From Vulcanimicrobiota bacterium (GTDB lineage Bacteria > Vulcanimicrobiota > Xenobia > Xenobiales > JADMJV01): 64,000 nucleotides of DNA. The translations under genes and the position numbers were made by a program. Below, in pieces: positions 1 through 10,166 of the stretch. Position 1 is the first letter of the stretch, and the number at the start of each line of letters is the position of its first letter. The notes under the pieces were generated by a model. It was given only the letters and a program-made list of their open reading frames with translations. It was not told the origin of the DNA and searched no databases. The stretch spans positions 3,172,891 to 3,236,890 of the forward strand of contig JBFWNU010000001.1 in NCBI GenBank assembly GCA_050250895.1. Direction: 5' to 3'.

Positions 1-666
1 ACGGTCAAGACCAACGTGATGGGCACCATTAACATGTTGGGCCTTTGTAAGCGAACGGGGGCCAGTATGGTCCAGGCCTCGACCTCGGAGGTCTATGGCG
101 ACCCCGAGGTTTCACCTCAGTCTGAAGAGTACTGGGGCCGGGTGAACCCCATCGGCATTCGCAGTTGCTATGATGAGGGCAAGCGGGTGGCCGAGACTCT
201 CTGCATGGACTACCACCGTCAGAACGGCGTCGACGTCAAAATCGTTCGCATCTTCAACACCTACGGCCCGCGCATGGCTCGCGAGGATGGACGGGTAGTC
301 AGTAATTTCATTGTGCAGGCCCTGGCCGGCGAGCCGATCACGATCTACGGCGAGGGCACGCAGACGCGCTCGTTTTGCTATGTCGACGACACGGTCGAAG
401 CTATCGTGCGCCTGCGGAGCCTACCCCCCGACCAGCCGGGTCCGGTCAACGTGGGCAATCCGTCTCCTATTCAGATCGGAGAGCTGGCCACTCTGATCGT
501 GAAAATGTGCGGCTCGACCTCCGAGGTCGTCTATCATCCCTTGCCTTCTGACGACCCGACCCAACGTTGCCCGGACATCACTCGGGCCAAGACGATGCTC
601 GATTGGGCGCCCACCGTCGCACTCGAGGCGGGTTTGGCCCGAACCATCGACTATTTCCGAGGTTAA
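1..666 (+). CDS. UDP-glucuronate decarboxylase / NAD-dependent epimerase-dehydratase (5' end outside window)
   Basis: Motifs [16 protein letters not shown] (YxxxK), [16 protein letters not shown] and QTRSFCYV typical of UXS-type extended SDRs; frame is open from base 1. Confidence 0.9.
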   Translation, partial: TVKTNVMGTINMLGLCKRTGASMVQASTSEVYGDPEVSPQSEEYWGRVNPIGIRSCYDEGKRVAETLCMDYHRQNGVDVKIVRIFNTYGPRMAREDGRVVSNFIVQALAGEPITIYGEGTQTRSFCYVDDTVEAIVRLRSLPPDQPGPVNVGNPSPIQIGELATLIVKMCGSTSEVVYHPLPSDDPTQRCPDITRAKTMLDWAPTVALEAGLARTIDYFRG

Positions 667-720
667 CCGCCGCGCTCGCTGTGCTCGCGAGGGGGAGCGC
701 TCGCTTTGCTCGCGAGGAGG

Positions 721-1070
721 GAGCGCTCGCTGTGCTCGCGAGAAGGGAGCCGGGCTGCGCCCGGAGAGGGGAGCGCTCGCTTTGCTCGTGAGAAGGGAGC
801 CGGGCTGCGCCCGGAGAGGGGAGCGCTCGCTTTGCTCGTGAGAAGGGAGCCGGGCTGCGCCCGGAGAGGGGAGCGCTCGCTTTGCTCGTGAGAAGGGAGC
901 CGGGCTGCGCCCGGAGAGGGGAGCGCTCGCTTTGCTCGCGAGAAGGGAGCCGGGCTGCGCCCGGAGAGGGGAGCGCTCGCTTTGCTCGTGAGAAGGGAGC
1001 CGGGCTGCGCCCGGAGAGGGGAGCGCTCGCTTTGCTCGCGAGAAGGGAGCCGGGCTGCGCCCGGAGAGGG
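721..1070. repeat. Tandem array of 7 x 50-bp units, preceded by decayed shorter copies at 669-720
   Basis: Unit gagcgctcgctttgctcg(t/c)gagaagggagccgggctgcgcccggagaggg starts at 721, 771, 821, 871, 921, 971 and 1021; no spacers. Confidence 0.95.
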
Positions 1071-1110
1071 GAGCACTGGCTTCGCTTGCGCTCGCCAGTG
1101 AGATCTAGAT

Positions 1111-1155
1111 GTACTCGACGCTTCGCGTCGTAAATCTTGCGCGGCTTCGCCGCTC
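1111..1155 (+). repeat. REP-like hairpin core cgacgcttcgcgtcg-taaatct (dispersed family copy)
   Basis: Same 15-bp hairpin also at 27478, 46000, 46293 and 58459. Confidence 0.85.
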
Positions 1156-1267
1156 GGCCAGCCTGCGGCCGAAGAGGGCTCGCTGCCCGCCGTGCCCACC
1201 GCCGCCGACCAGCCCGGCCCAGCAGCCCTGGCTGTTTGGCGAACATGTGGTTGTTTCCGGCCGTCTA

Positions 1268-1762
1268 GTGTGCGCCGCACAGTCCGATGTTGCGAATGTA
1301 CGGCGCAAGTGTGCGCCGCACAAGCCGGTTTGCTGAATGTGCGGCGCACAAACTCGCCGCCGCCCGCCGAGGTCGCAGCCACTAGCCGAGCCCGGCGCCG
1401 CCCGGCGAGGCCGCAGCCACTAACCGTTCACCGCGGCCCACCGAACCTGCCGCTGTCCGCCGATTCCGCCGCTACTAGCCGAGTTCGCTGCCCTGTCTGC
1501 CGCGGTCCGCCGCCGCCTACCCACCGAGTCCGCCGCCGTGCGGCGAACGCATGTTTGTTTTTGGCTGTCGGGTGTGCGCCGCACAGTCCAATGTTGCGAA
1601 TGTACGGCGCAAGTGTGCGCCGCACAAGCCGGTTTGCTGAATGTGCGGCGCACAAACTCGCCGCCGCCCGCCGAGGTCGCAGCCACTAGCCGAGCCCGGC
1701 ACCGCGCGGGCCGAGGCCGCAGCCACTAACCGAGTTCACCGCGGCCCACCGAACCTGCCGCG
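1268..1762. repeat. Direct repeat with 304-bp period, rich in gtgtgcgccgcaca palindromic motifs
   Basis: 1268-1396 is nearly identical to 1572-1700; 1407-1453 matches 1713-1762. Confidence 0.9.
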
Positions 1763-1918
1763 GCCCCCCGAGCCCATCGCCGCCGCCCTCGGAGCCACCG
1801 CCGCCCAGCCCAGGTCCTCCACACCAACTCAAAGTGCCTGTCCGTCCCAGGCCCACTTCTTCGCGGCCCACTGCGGATCTCCGCGGTATTCCCAAGGAGC
1901 GCCCCCCAACGTTCAGGC

Positions 1919-3400
1919 TCAGGGGCGGCGGCCGCCGGTGCGCTCGAGGATCGAGTCGAGAAAGGCCTGAGCCCAGACTTCGGCGGGGCCGTGGGCGATC
2001 ATTTGGTCGAGCAGCGCGACCTGGTCCTTGAGCCGGCCCTGGCGACCGAGCAGGCGGACTTTGTCGGCATAGGCGTAGAAGAGGTTAGGGTGGCGGGCCA
2101 GCATCAGGTCGAGGATCTCGAGGGCCGCGTCGGCGTGGTCGAGTTCGGCCAGGCACTCCGAAGCGGCCAGCTGGAAGTAGGGGTCTTCGGGATAGCCTCC
2201 CATGCCCTGGCGGGCCAGGTCGAGGGCGGCCGGATAGTCTTTGGCGGCGAAGGCGGCCTGCAGTCGAAACCGCAAAGCGCGCCGGCTGGAGAGATGCGAG
2301 AGGGTCTCGAGGCCTTCGGTCAGGCGTCCCTGCGCCATCACGACGGCGGCTAGATTGAAGGTGTTCACCTCGAGGTCAGACAGTGCCGCGGCCTGGCGCA
2401 GGTGTTGTTCGGCCAGGTCCGGTTGAGACCAGAGCAGCGCTCCCAGACGCACCTCGCGATAGTAGCCGGGAGCTAGAGAGGCTAGCTGTTCGCGTCGCTC
2501 TGCTTGAGAGAGAAACGGGCTCTTGACGACCTCGGCCGTGAGGGCCGGCTCCAGGGCCCGCATCTCCTGCCAGGCCTGGTGGGTCTGGGGGTGGAGCAGG
2601 CGATAGCCGACCAGCAACTTGGAGGGGCCGGTCAGGCGCAACTGGCCCACCGGCACCTGCAGCCCGGTCAGCATTTTCCAGACTCTGACCACGCCGTCGC
2701 TATCGACCTGCAGGCCGTAGGCGGTCTCGGGGAGCTCGATGCCCAGGGGGATCCCTTCCTGGGTGGTGACCTTACCGTCGCGCCCTACCCGCAGTTGGAG
2801 CCCGCTAAATTCGTGGCCGGCTGTCCGCAGGCTGTCGGGGCCCCAGACGGCCAGCTGGTTGGGAATGCCGGTGAACTCGATGGCGTTCTCGAGAAAGAAC
2901 TGGTAGAAGTGGATGGCTTCCTGTGGGCGACCGGCCGCGGCCAGAGCCCGGGCCAGACCGAGCTGGGCGTCCAGCTCGGCCGGTGGGGCCAGTTCGATGG
3001 CCCGCTGGAAGAGCGCGATGGCTCGTGGTGGCGGCGATACCTCGGCCAGACGGGTCAGGGCTCGATAGCGAAAGAGATCGGCGGTGGCCAGGGCCATGAC
3101 GAAGGGCGTGCGGCCGGGGTGCTCCTGGATAAGCGTGGCTGTCTCGGCGGGCGCCTGGGCCAGGGCCCGCTCGAAGGAAGAACGGGCCTCGTCAGGGCGC
3201 CCCAGTTGCTGCAGGGCCATGCCAGCATTGTAGAGGATGAAGGGGTTATCGGGGTGGCCTTTGAGGGCCTGGCGATAGTGAGCGAGGGCAGCCTCGGGGC
3301 GCCCCTCGCGCAGTTCGCGATTGCCGTCACGAAAGTCATCGGCCGCGACTGGCGCGACCGATAGGAAAAGTAGAACGAGTGTAAGGTAACGTCTTAGAAT
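1919..3400 (-). CDS. Secreted TPR protein with an internal flagellar rod/hook-like segment; start codon uncertain
   Basis: Signal-like LRRYLTLVLLFLSVAPVAA followed by multiple TPR motifs; the ORF-track extension to 3586 overlaps the upstream gene; nearest plausible start is ATT at 3400. Confidence 0.7.
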   Translation of the reverse strand: MLRRYLTLVLLFLSVAPVAADDFRDGNRELREGRPEAALAHYRQALKGHPDNPFILYNAGMALQQLGRPDEARSSFERALAQAPAETATLIQEHPGRTPFVMALATADLFRYRALTRLAEVSPPPRAIALFQRAIELAPPAELDAQLGLARALAAAGRPQEAIHFYQFFLENAIEFTGIPNQLAVWGPDSLRTAGHEFSGLQLRVGRDGKVTTQEGIPLGIELPETAYGLQVDSDGVVRVWKMLTGLQVPVGQLRLTGPSKLLVGYRLLHPQTHQAWQEMRALEPALTAEVVKSPFLSQAERREQLASLAPGYYREVRLGALLWSQPDLAEQHLRQAAALSDLEVNTFNLAAVVMAQGRLTEGLETLSHLSSRRALRFRLQAAFAAKDYPAALDLARQGMGGYPEDPYFQLAASECLAELDHADAALEILDLMLARHPNLFYAYADKVRLLGRQGRLKDQVALLDQMIAHGPAEVWAQAFLDSILERTGGRRP

Positions 3401-3825
3401 CGGTTGTGATAGACCAGCCGGTAAGTCCCCGGGGGTTCGATGCGCACGAACAGGCCGGGGCGAAGCGACTGGATGGGAATTCGATTCGTGTAGCCGAGGT
3501 CGGCCGTGTTGACCCGCTGCGAGGTGCGCTGCTCGATCATTGCGATCTGGCCCTCGAGGCTGAGGGTGACGCGGTCGCGCAACCACGGGGTCTTAATGCC
3601 GTCGAGCAGATTGGGAATGCCGCCAGTGTCCTGGACGGCCGACAGGCCGACGCCTTCGACCTGGCGGGGGCGGGCACCCAGGCCCTGGGAGGGATCGTAA
3701 CCGGGGATATTGCCGCCGGGTCCGCCACCGGCACCGCCAGCACCACCGCCGGCCGGGCCCTGGTAGGATTCTCGACTGCGTCGGGCCCGGATTTGCTCGA
3801 TTTTATCTCTATAATCGTCTGCCAC
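3394..3825 (-). CDS. Hypothetical protein (143 aa, Gly-rich linker)
   Basis: GTG start with GGAGAGG RBS and an upstream sigma70-like promoter. Confidence 0.7.
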   Translation of the reverse strand: MADDYRDKIEQIRARRSRESYQGPAGGGAGGAGGGPGGNIPGYDPSQGLGARPRQVEGVGLSAVQDTGGIPNLLDGIKTPWLRDRVTLSLEGQIAMIEQRTSQRVNTADLGYTNRIPIQSLRPGLFVRIEPPGTYRLVYHNRF

Positions 3826-3869
3826 TAGAGAACCCTCTCCTTGTTTGCGATGGCCTGGTTAGCCCCAGT

Positions 3870-3894
3870 ATTATAGCACGTTCCAGGCACCCTG

Positions 3895-3898
<4 letters not shown>
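3870..3898 (-). promoter_or_regulatory. sigma70-like promoter GTGACA-N17-TATAAT with extended -10 TG
   Basis: Reverse complement reads gtgaca gggtgcctggaacgtgc tataat, upstream of the gene starting at 3825. Confidence 0.7.
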
Positions 3899-4962
<1,064 letters not shown>

Positions 4963-5013
4963 GGGCGCCTGTTCAAGAAGGCGCCCCGCAGCCCCTCGCG
5001 GAATGGCCAGTTC

Positions 5014-6132
5014 ATGCTGATGGCGGGTTTGCTGGCCCTGTTCTGGGTGCTGATTTGGGGGGAGCGATTTCGCTCGATGAGGTATCTGATGCGACTCGAG
5101 CAGTTCGCCGAACAGACCCCCGCCGTGTACCCTCGCGTCTCGGTGCTGGTGGCCGCCTGCAACGAGGAGGCCACGGTCGCGTCGGCGCTCCAGTCGCTAC
5201 TCGCACTGGACTATCCCGATTATGAGGTGGTGGTGGTCAACGACCGCTCGAGCGACCAGACCGGGGCCATTCTCGATGGCATGGCCCGGCCGGGTCTGGT
5301 GGTCGTTCACAACCGCGAACTGCCTCAGGGCTGGCTGGGCAAAAACCATGCCCTGCATCTGGCGGCCCGCCGAGCCAGCGGTGAGGTGTTGTTGTTCACC
5401 GATGCCGATGTCCACTTCGAACCCACGGCGTTAAGAGTGGCGGTGGCCGCCATGCTCAACCTGCGGGTGGACCACCTGGTGATGGTGCCCACCATCGAGA
5501 CGCACGGGTTTTGGGAGAAGACGCTGATCGGGTTCTTCACCTTCATGTTCGGCAGTCGGTTTCGGCCCGAACTGGTCCACCGCGAGGAACGCTATTTCGT
5601 CGGCGTGGGGGCCTTCAACATGCTGCGGCGCGCGGCTTACCAGCAGATCGGTGGGCATGAGCCCATCAGTCTGCAGGTGGCTGACGACCTGATGCTGGGA
5701 AAATTGATCAAGCAAGCGGGATTGACCCAGGCTTTTCTGGCTGGCCAGCGTTACGCCCGGGTGCGCTGGGTGGTCGGCCTGGGCGGGTTGGTGCATGGCC
5801 TCGAGAAGAACGCTTTCGCCGGCCTTGAATACTCGGTGGCCCAGACCCTGGTGGGCTGCGGCGGGCTGCTGACCGTCACCTGGGGGCCGCTGTGGTGCGG
5901 GACCCCGGGCTTGGCGCCGCTGATCTTGATGCTGGGGGGCGCGATGATCCATCACCGGCGCATCGAATTGCCGGCCTGGTCGGGATTGACCTTTCCTCTG
6001 GCCAGCCTGGTGTTGAACTATGTCATCCTGCGCTCGATGCTGCTCACCCTCTGGCGAGGCGGCATCTGGTGGCGGGGCACGTTCTATTCCCTGCGCGAGT
6101 TGCGCAGCCAGCCCATCAGTTTTTGGACTTGA
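5014..6132 (+). CDS. Glycosyltransferase family 2, membrane-bound (CrtQ/HpnB-like)
   Basis: VSVLVAACNEE, VVNDRSSD, GWLGKNHAL, FTDAD and DD motifs; the ORF-track extension from 3931 is antisense to the neighbouring gene. Confidence 0.85.
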   Translation: MLMAGLLALFWVLIWGERFRSMRYLMRLEQFAEQTPAVYPRVSVLVAACNEEATVASALQSLLALDYPDYEVVVVNDRSSDQTGAILDGMARPGLVVVHNRELPQGWLGKNHALHLAARRASGEVLLFTDADVHFEPTALRVAVAAMLNLRVDHLVMVPTIETHGFWEKTLIGFFTFMFGSRFRPELVHREERYFVGVGAFNMLRRAAYQQIGGHEPISLQVADDLMLGKLIKQAGLTQAFLAGQRYARVRWVVGLGGLVHGLEKNAFAGLEYSVAQTLVGCGGLLTVTWGPLWCGTPGLAPLILMLGGAMIHHRRIELPAWSGLTFPLASLVLNYVILRSMLLTLWRGGIWWRGTFYSLRELRSQPISFWT

Positions 6133-7180
6133 TGCGAGCGACTTCGATCTGCACCAACGGGTCGGCCGGAGCCAGGGCCGAGGCTTTCAGGTAAGCGGCT
6201 TTGGCTTTGTCCAGGTCGGCCTTGTCGGCTTTGACGTCAAAGCGGCGCTCATAGCTGTTGCCCAGATAGCGCCAGGCTTCGAGGCTGCCGCCGTCGAGCT
6301 GGGTGGCCCGATCGAGATACTCGATGGCCGAATCGGTGTCGCCCATTCGATAGAAGAGGGCTCCGATGGAGACATGGGCGGCCAGGCTGCGTGCATCGCT
6401 CTGGATGGCCTTGCGCAGCATCGCCTCGGCGGCGTTGAACTTGTTGGCGGCGATCTGCAGTTCGGCTTCTTGAATCAGGGCGTTGACATCCGAGCTACTG
6501 GTAGCCGTGTTGGCCGTGTTGTTGTTGGGGCCGGGACGGTCAGGAGGCGCAATGGAGCCGCTCATGGACTTGTCGTATTCGTCCAGCAGTTTCTGGGCCA
6601 GGGTACTGCCCGCCTTGATCGCCTCTTTGGCTTCTTCGACGCCCCGCTTGTCTTCGCCGATGATGAAGCTGATGGCGGCCATGCGATAGAGGCAGTCGGG
6701 CTTCTCGTAGTTGCGGCGAGCCACGATTCCATAGGTTTGATGGGCCTCAAACAGCTGTTTGGCCTGCTCTTGCAGGCGGCCTTTGAGGTAAAGAGCAGCC
6801 ACCGTGTCGGGGTGGGTGATCAGAATGTTGTCGACCAGTTCCTGAGTCATCTGGAAGTTGCCGGCCTTGAAGAAGGCCCAGGCCAGATCCAGGCGGTAGC
6901 TTCCCTCTTTGCCCACCACGTCGCGGGCCAGGTCGCCCAGAATGGCGAAACGGAAGGCGTCGTCAATGTGGTTATTGTCGATTGCCCAGCGAATCCGTCG
7001 TTCGACCTTGTCGAAGAACGAATTGTCGAGCTGGCCGCGGTGGCGACCCATGATCTCTTTCCACTGGGGAATGGGAGCTTTGAAGACTTCCTTGAGCATC
7101 TCGACCTGACCCTGCTCGTCGGCCAGGGCCGGAGCCAGGCAGACCAGGCCCATCATCAAAGCGATCAACAGCTTGCGCAT
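6116..7180 (-). CDS. Secreted TPR-repeat protein
   Basis: GGAGGG RBS, signal peptide MRKLLIALMMGLVCLAPALA, several TPR-like helical pairs. Confidence 0.8.
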   Translation of the reverse strand: MRKLLIALMMGLVCLAPALADEQGQVEMLKEVFKAPIPQWKEIMGRHRGQLDNSFFDKVERRIRWAIDNNHIDDAFRFAILGDLARDVVGKEGSYRLDLAWAFFKAGNFQMTQELVDNILITHPDTVAALYLKGRLQEQAKQLFEAHQTYGIVARRNYEKPDCLYRMAAISFIIGEDKRGVEEAKEAIKAGSTLAQKLLDEYDKSMSGSIAPPDRPGPNNNTANTATSSSDVNALIQEAELQIAANKFNAAEAMLRKAIQSDARSLAAHVSIGALFYRMGDTDSAIEYLDRATQLDGGSLEAWRYLGNSYERRFDVKADKADLDKAKAAYLKASALAPADPLVQIEVARIKSKN

Positions 7181-7282
7181 AGCAATACCCTCCGTTTGGG
7201 GCCATATATTATGGCTTGAACTCTTGGTTCCTCTTTGGGTGTCTTCGCGCGTCCTGGTTCTGGGTTGCCAGAGGCTGGGGGG

Positions 7283-7312
7283 AAAAGAAAAAGCCCCGGC
7301 TTTCGCCGGGGC
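7283..7312 (-). terminator. Intrinsic terminator downstream of the esterase gene
   Basis: gccccggc-gaaa-gccggggc stem followed by a U-tract on the minus strand. Confidence 0.8.
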
Positions 7313-7378
7313 GGTCCAACCAATGCTCATCTCACTAAAAAGACTTTACGATGGCGGCGTCACAGCAGCGTTAAATCG

Positions 7379-8293
7379 TCAGGCTGCCGGCTTGAAGATG
7401 TGGCGCAATACCTGCATGGCAAAGCGGTCGGCGATGAACCAGTTGTGGCTGCCGTCGCGCACCTCGAGTTGGAACTGGTTGGGCAGATTGCGCGAGGCCA
7501 GGGCCTCGATCAGAGCTCTGGTTCGCTCATAGTTGGCGTCGTGGGGTTCGGAGCTGGCGGGGCCGCTTTGCAGGTAGTAGCGGGCCCGCTCGAGCTGTTG
7601 ATAGGGAAGGTTGCGGGCTAACCAGACGGGGCTGTGGGGCTTGACCTGAGTCGACACCCGCGGCTTGTCGAAGACCGGGTCGAACATCGGGTGAGAAAGG
7701 ATTCCGTCGCGGCCGCCCAGCGGATCGCGATAGAAGCTACCGTCATAGGCGGCCACCTCGCGGAATAGGCCAGGATGTCGAAAGGCGATGATAAATGCGT
7801 TGAGACCTCCCAGCGAAAAGCCGATGGCGATGCGGCTCGGCTCTTCGAGCTGCAAACCTTCCTCCAGGGTGGGCATGAACTCTTCGATGAAGTGCGTCTC
7901 GTAGCGTCCCAGGCCCATCCCCGGAGCGTCGGGGCCTTTGTGGGCCGCAAACCAGTCGGCCGCCACGGTGTGAAACTTCCGGTCGTCGGACCCGAAGCAA
8001 GGACTGATCAGCACCATCGGAGGCAACTCCTGGGCCGCGATGGCCTGGCCGACCTGTTCGGCGAACGGGGTCTGGCGCGAGGCGTCTTCGGTGGGGTTGA
8101 ACCACTCGGTGTGGTGGCCGCGGAAAAGATATACGACCGGATAGCGGCGGGCCGGCGTGAAGTCCGACGGTAACCACACGCCGCACCAACGTCGCAATCC
8201 GAGCTGAGCCGAGAAGACCGGCACCCTCAGGACCACCTCTCGGGGGGCTGCGAGCAACTCGGAGGGTCGGCATACTGGTCGCGGTGAATCCAT
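7379..8293 (-). CDS. Alpha/beta-hydrolase, putative esterase (Fes/XynC-like)
   Basis: RYPVVYLFRG, nucleophile elbow GFSLGG, C-terminal H in GSHNW. Confidence 0.82.
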   Translation of the reverse strand: MDSPRPVCRPSELLAAPREVVLRVPVFSAQLGLRRWCGVWLPSDFTPARRYPVVYLFRGHHTEWFNPTEDASRQTPFAEQVGQAIAAQELPPMVLISPCFGSDDRKFHTVAADWFAAHKGPDAPGMGLGRYETHFIEEFMPTLEEGLQLEEPSRIAIGFSLGGLNAFIIAFRHPGLFREVAAYDGSFYRDPLGGRDGILSHPMFDPVFDKPRVSTQVKPHSPVWLARNLPYQQLERARYYLQSGPASSEPHDANYERTRALIEALASRNLPNQFQLEVRDGSHNWFIADRFAMQVLRHIFKPAA

Positions 8294-8405
8294 AGGTTGG
8301 GACGGGTTTTATAGACCGCTCAAAAAACCTCCGCCGGAAGGGCTAGACAAACGCCGCAGGGAACAGCGAACACCGAGGTTATTTCGACTTGGAGCCACAG
8401 GGTCC

Positions 8406-8464
8406 AAAAAAAACACGGCACCTCGTGAGAGGTACCGGTGACAAGAGGTTAGAGACGGACACCT
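8406..8464 (-). ncRNA. Candidate ~60-nt small RNA
   Basis: TTTACA-N17-TATAAT promoter (8499-8471), CU-rich 5' part, then a hairpin and U8 terminator. Confidence 0.6.
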
Positions 8465-8470
8465 GTTCGC

Positions 8471-8499
8471 ATTATAGTCCTGTACGCGTCCTTTGTAAA
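8471..8499 (-). promoter_or_regulatory. Near-consensus sigma70 promoter TTTACA-N17-TATAAT
   Basis: Reverse complement tttaca aaggacgcgtacaggac tataat. Confidence 0.8.
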
Positions 8500-8517
8500 G
8501 AATTTATTTCAATTTTC

Positions 8518-8856
8518 TTGGTGCTGCTGGCCGTGCTTTTGGCCGGTTGCGAGCGTACCAGCCCGCTGGTAGGCGTCTGGAAGGGGACCGACCGTGAGGG
8601 TAAGGAGGTGACCATCGAGTTTCGTCCCGACGGCACCTTTCAGGCCGAGACCGGTGGCGATACCGTGCAGGGCAACTTTCAAGCCGATTTCTCGCTCACT
8701 CCGGTCGAGTTGGACCTGCGGGTCAAGGATACCAAGCCGCTGTTGACCATCGTCAAGCTCGAGGGCGACAAGCTGACCATCCAGCGCACTGGCCCGGGTT
8801 TGTCGCGGCCGACCGGCTTCTCGGCCGACTCTACCGTCTATTCCCGTCAAGAGTAA
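8518..8856 (+). CDS. Small lipoprotein, lipocalin-like/TIGR03067-like beta domain; start uncertain
   Basis: Lipobox LLAGC followed by LVGVWKG...EFRPDGTF; the ORF-track start at 8389 overlaps the sRNA candidate. Confidence 0.65.
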   Translation: MVLLAVLLAGCERTSPLVGVWKGTDREGKEVTIEFRPDGTFQAETGGDTVQGNFQADFSLTPVELDLRVKDTKPLLTIVKLEGDKLTIQRTGPGLSRPTGFSADSTVYSRQE

Positions 8857-8870
8857 GGCTTTCACCCCCC

Positions 8871-8896
8871 AAAAAAAAACCGGCCTGTTGGCCGGT
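8871..8896 (-). terminator. Intrinsic terminator
   Basis: accggcc-aaca-ggccggt stem followed by a long U-tract on the minus strand. Confidence 0.85.
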
Positions 8897-9029
8897 AGCG
8901 TGTGAAGGACTCTGCTTTTGTGTTGTGTGTGGATGTATATATGTATCTTGTATCCCGAATATAGGATGACCGGCTGAAAAAACACTTAAAGTCGTGAACC
9001 GGGATGTTTCCGGTTGGATCGATACCAGG

Positions 9030-10124
9030 CTAGATCTGCTCGTCGAGTTTGGCGTCGGTCAGATCAGTGCGGTCGAAGGTGGCCCGGTGCAGGTCGGCTG
9101 AGCGCAGATCGGCCTGCTGAAAGTTGGCTCGGTCGAGCACCGCATTGGACAGGTCGGCCTGGAACAGGTTGGCCCCCACCAGGCTGGCAGCGCGCAGATC
9201 GGCGCCGGCCAGGTCGGCGCGTTCGAGGTTGGCGCCGTCGAGCACGGCTCGATCCAGGCGAGCCCCGCTGGCGTCACAGCCACTGAGATCGGCTTCTTTG
9301 GCCTGAATGCGGCGCAAATCGGCTCCGGAAAGGTCGGTGCCGGCCAGGCAGGCTCCTTCGAGACTAGCCTTTTCGAGCTTGGTCTTGAACAACAGACCGC
9401 CCCGAAAGTCGGCCTGGTCGAGGTTGGCTTCCGACAGGCGGGCTTCGGCCAGGCTGCAGCCCACCAGGCGAGCCTTCTGAAAGCTGGCCCTCTTGAGATT
9501 GGCCTTCGAGAGGTTAGCGCCTGAGAGGTCGGCCTGGCCAAAGTCGGTTTCGCGAGCTTTCGAGCCACTCAAGTCAGCCCCAGCCAGGACCGCTTGTTGC
9601 AGGTCGGCCCCGTCGAGATTGGCCCGCGAGGCCACCGCTCCGCGCAGGTCCGCCTTTTTGAGATTGGCTTTGGTCAGAGTGGCGCCGGTGAGGTCGGCCC
9701 CGGTCAACACGGCTCCTTGCAGGTTGGCTCCCTCGAGTTCGGCGCGCGAGAGGTCGGCCCCCGATAGGTCGGCCCCGGAGAGATTCACGCCGTTCATCTG
9801 AGCCCCGGAGAGGTCGGCACCCACCAGGCTGGCCCTGGCCAGGTCGGCCCCGTCCAGTTCGGCGTCGCTGGCCAAAAGGCCCGATAGTTCGGCCCCGGCC
9901 AGACCGGTCCTGGAAAGTTTGGCCCCGGTCAGGTCTGCCCCTGACAGATCGGCTCCTCCGAGTTTGGCGCCGGCCAACTCGGCCCCCGCCATGGGCTCGC
10001 CCGAGAGGGCGGCTTGAGCGAGCGACACCCCCTCGGCTACGGCCGTCTCGACCGCCTCCTGAAAAGTGTCCGATTCGCTGGTATAGAGGTCTTTTCCGTT
10101 CTTTTTGCGGATAACGAGCGCCAT
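9030..10124 (-). CDS. Pentapeptide repeat protein
   Basis: Almost entirely A(D/N)LxG pentapeptide repeats after a short N-terminal cap. Confidence 0.95.
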   Translation of the reverse strand: MALVIRKKNGKDLYTSESDTFQEAVETAVAEGVSLAQAALSGEPMAGAELAGAKLGGADLSGADLTGAKLSRTGLAGAELSGLLASDAELDGADLARASLVGADLSGAQMNGVNLSGADLSGADLSRAELEGANLQGAVLTGADLTGATLTKANLKKADLRGAVASRANLDGADLQQAVLAGADLSGSKARETDFGQADLSGANLSKANLKRASFQKARLVGCSLAEARLSEANLDQADFRGGLLFKTKLEKASLEGACLAGTDLSGADLRRIQAKEADLSGCDASGARLDRAVLDGANLERADLAGADLRAASLVGANLFQADLSNAVLDRANFQQADLRSADLHRATFDRTDLTDAKLDEQI

Positions 10125-10166
10125 ATAACAGCCTTTCTACCTTCGCGGGGGCCCAGCCTTCCGCGG

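Noticed and set aside
721-1070. CRISPR array
   Set aside because: Units are contiguous and identical with no unique spacers; no cas genes in the window. The same applies to 45785-45928.
578-1970. Multiple ORFs across the repeat region
   Set aside because: Translations simply mirror the DNA repeats in all frames; no RBS or protein-like features.
7313-7378. Additional sRNA between the esterase stop and its terminator
   Set aside because: No credible promoter; adequately explained as 3' UTR.
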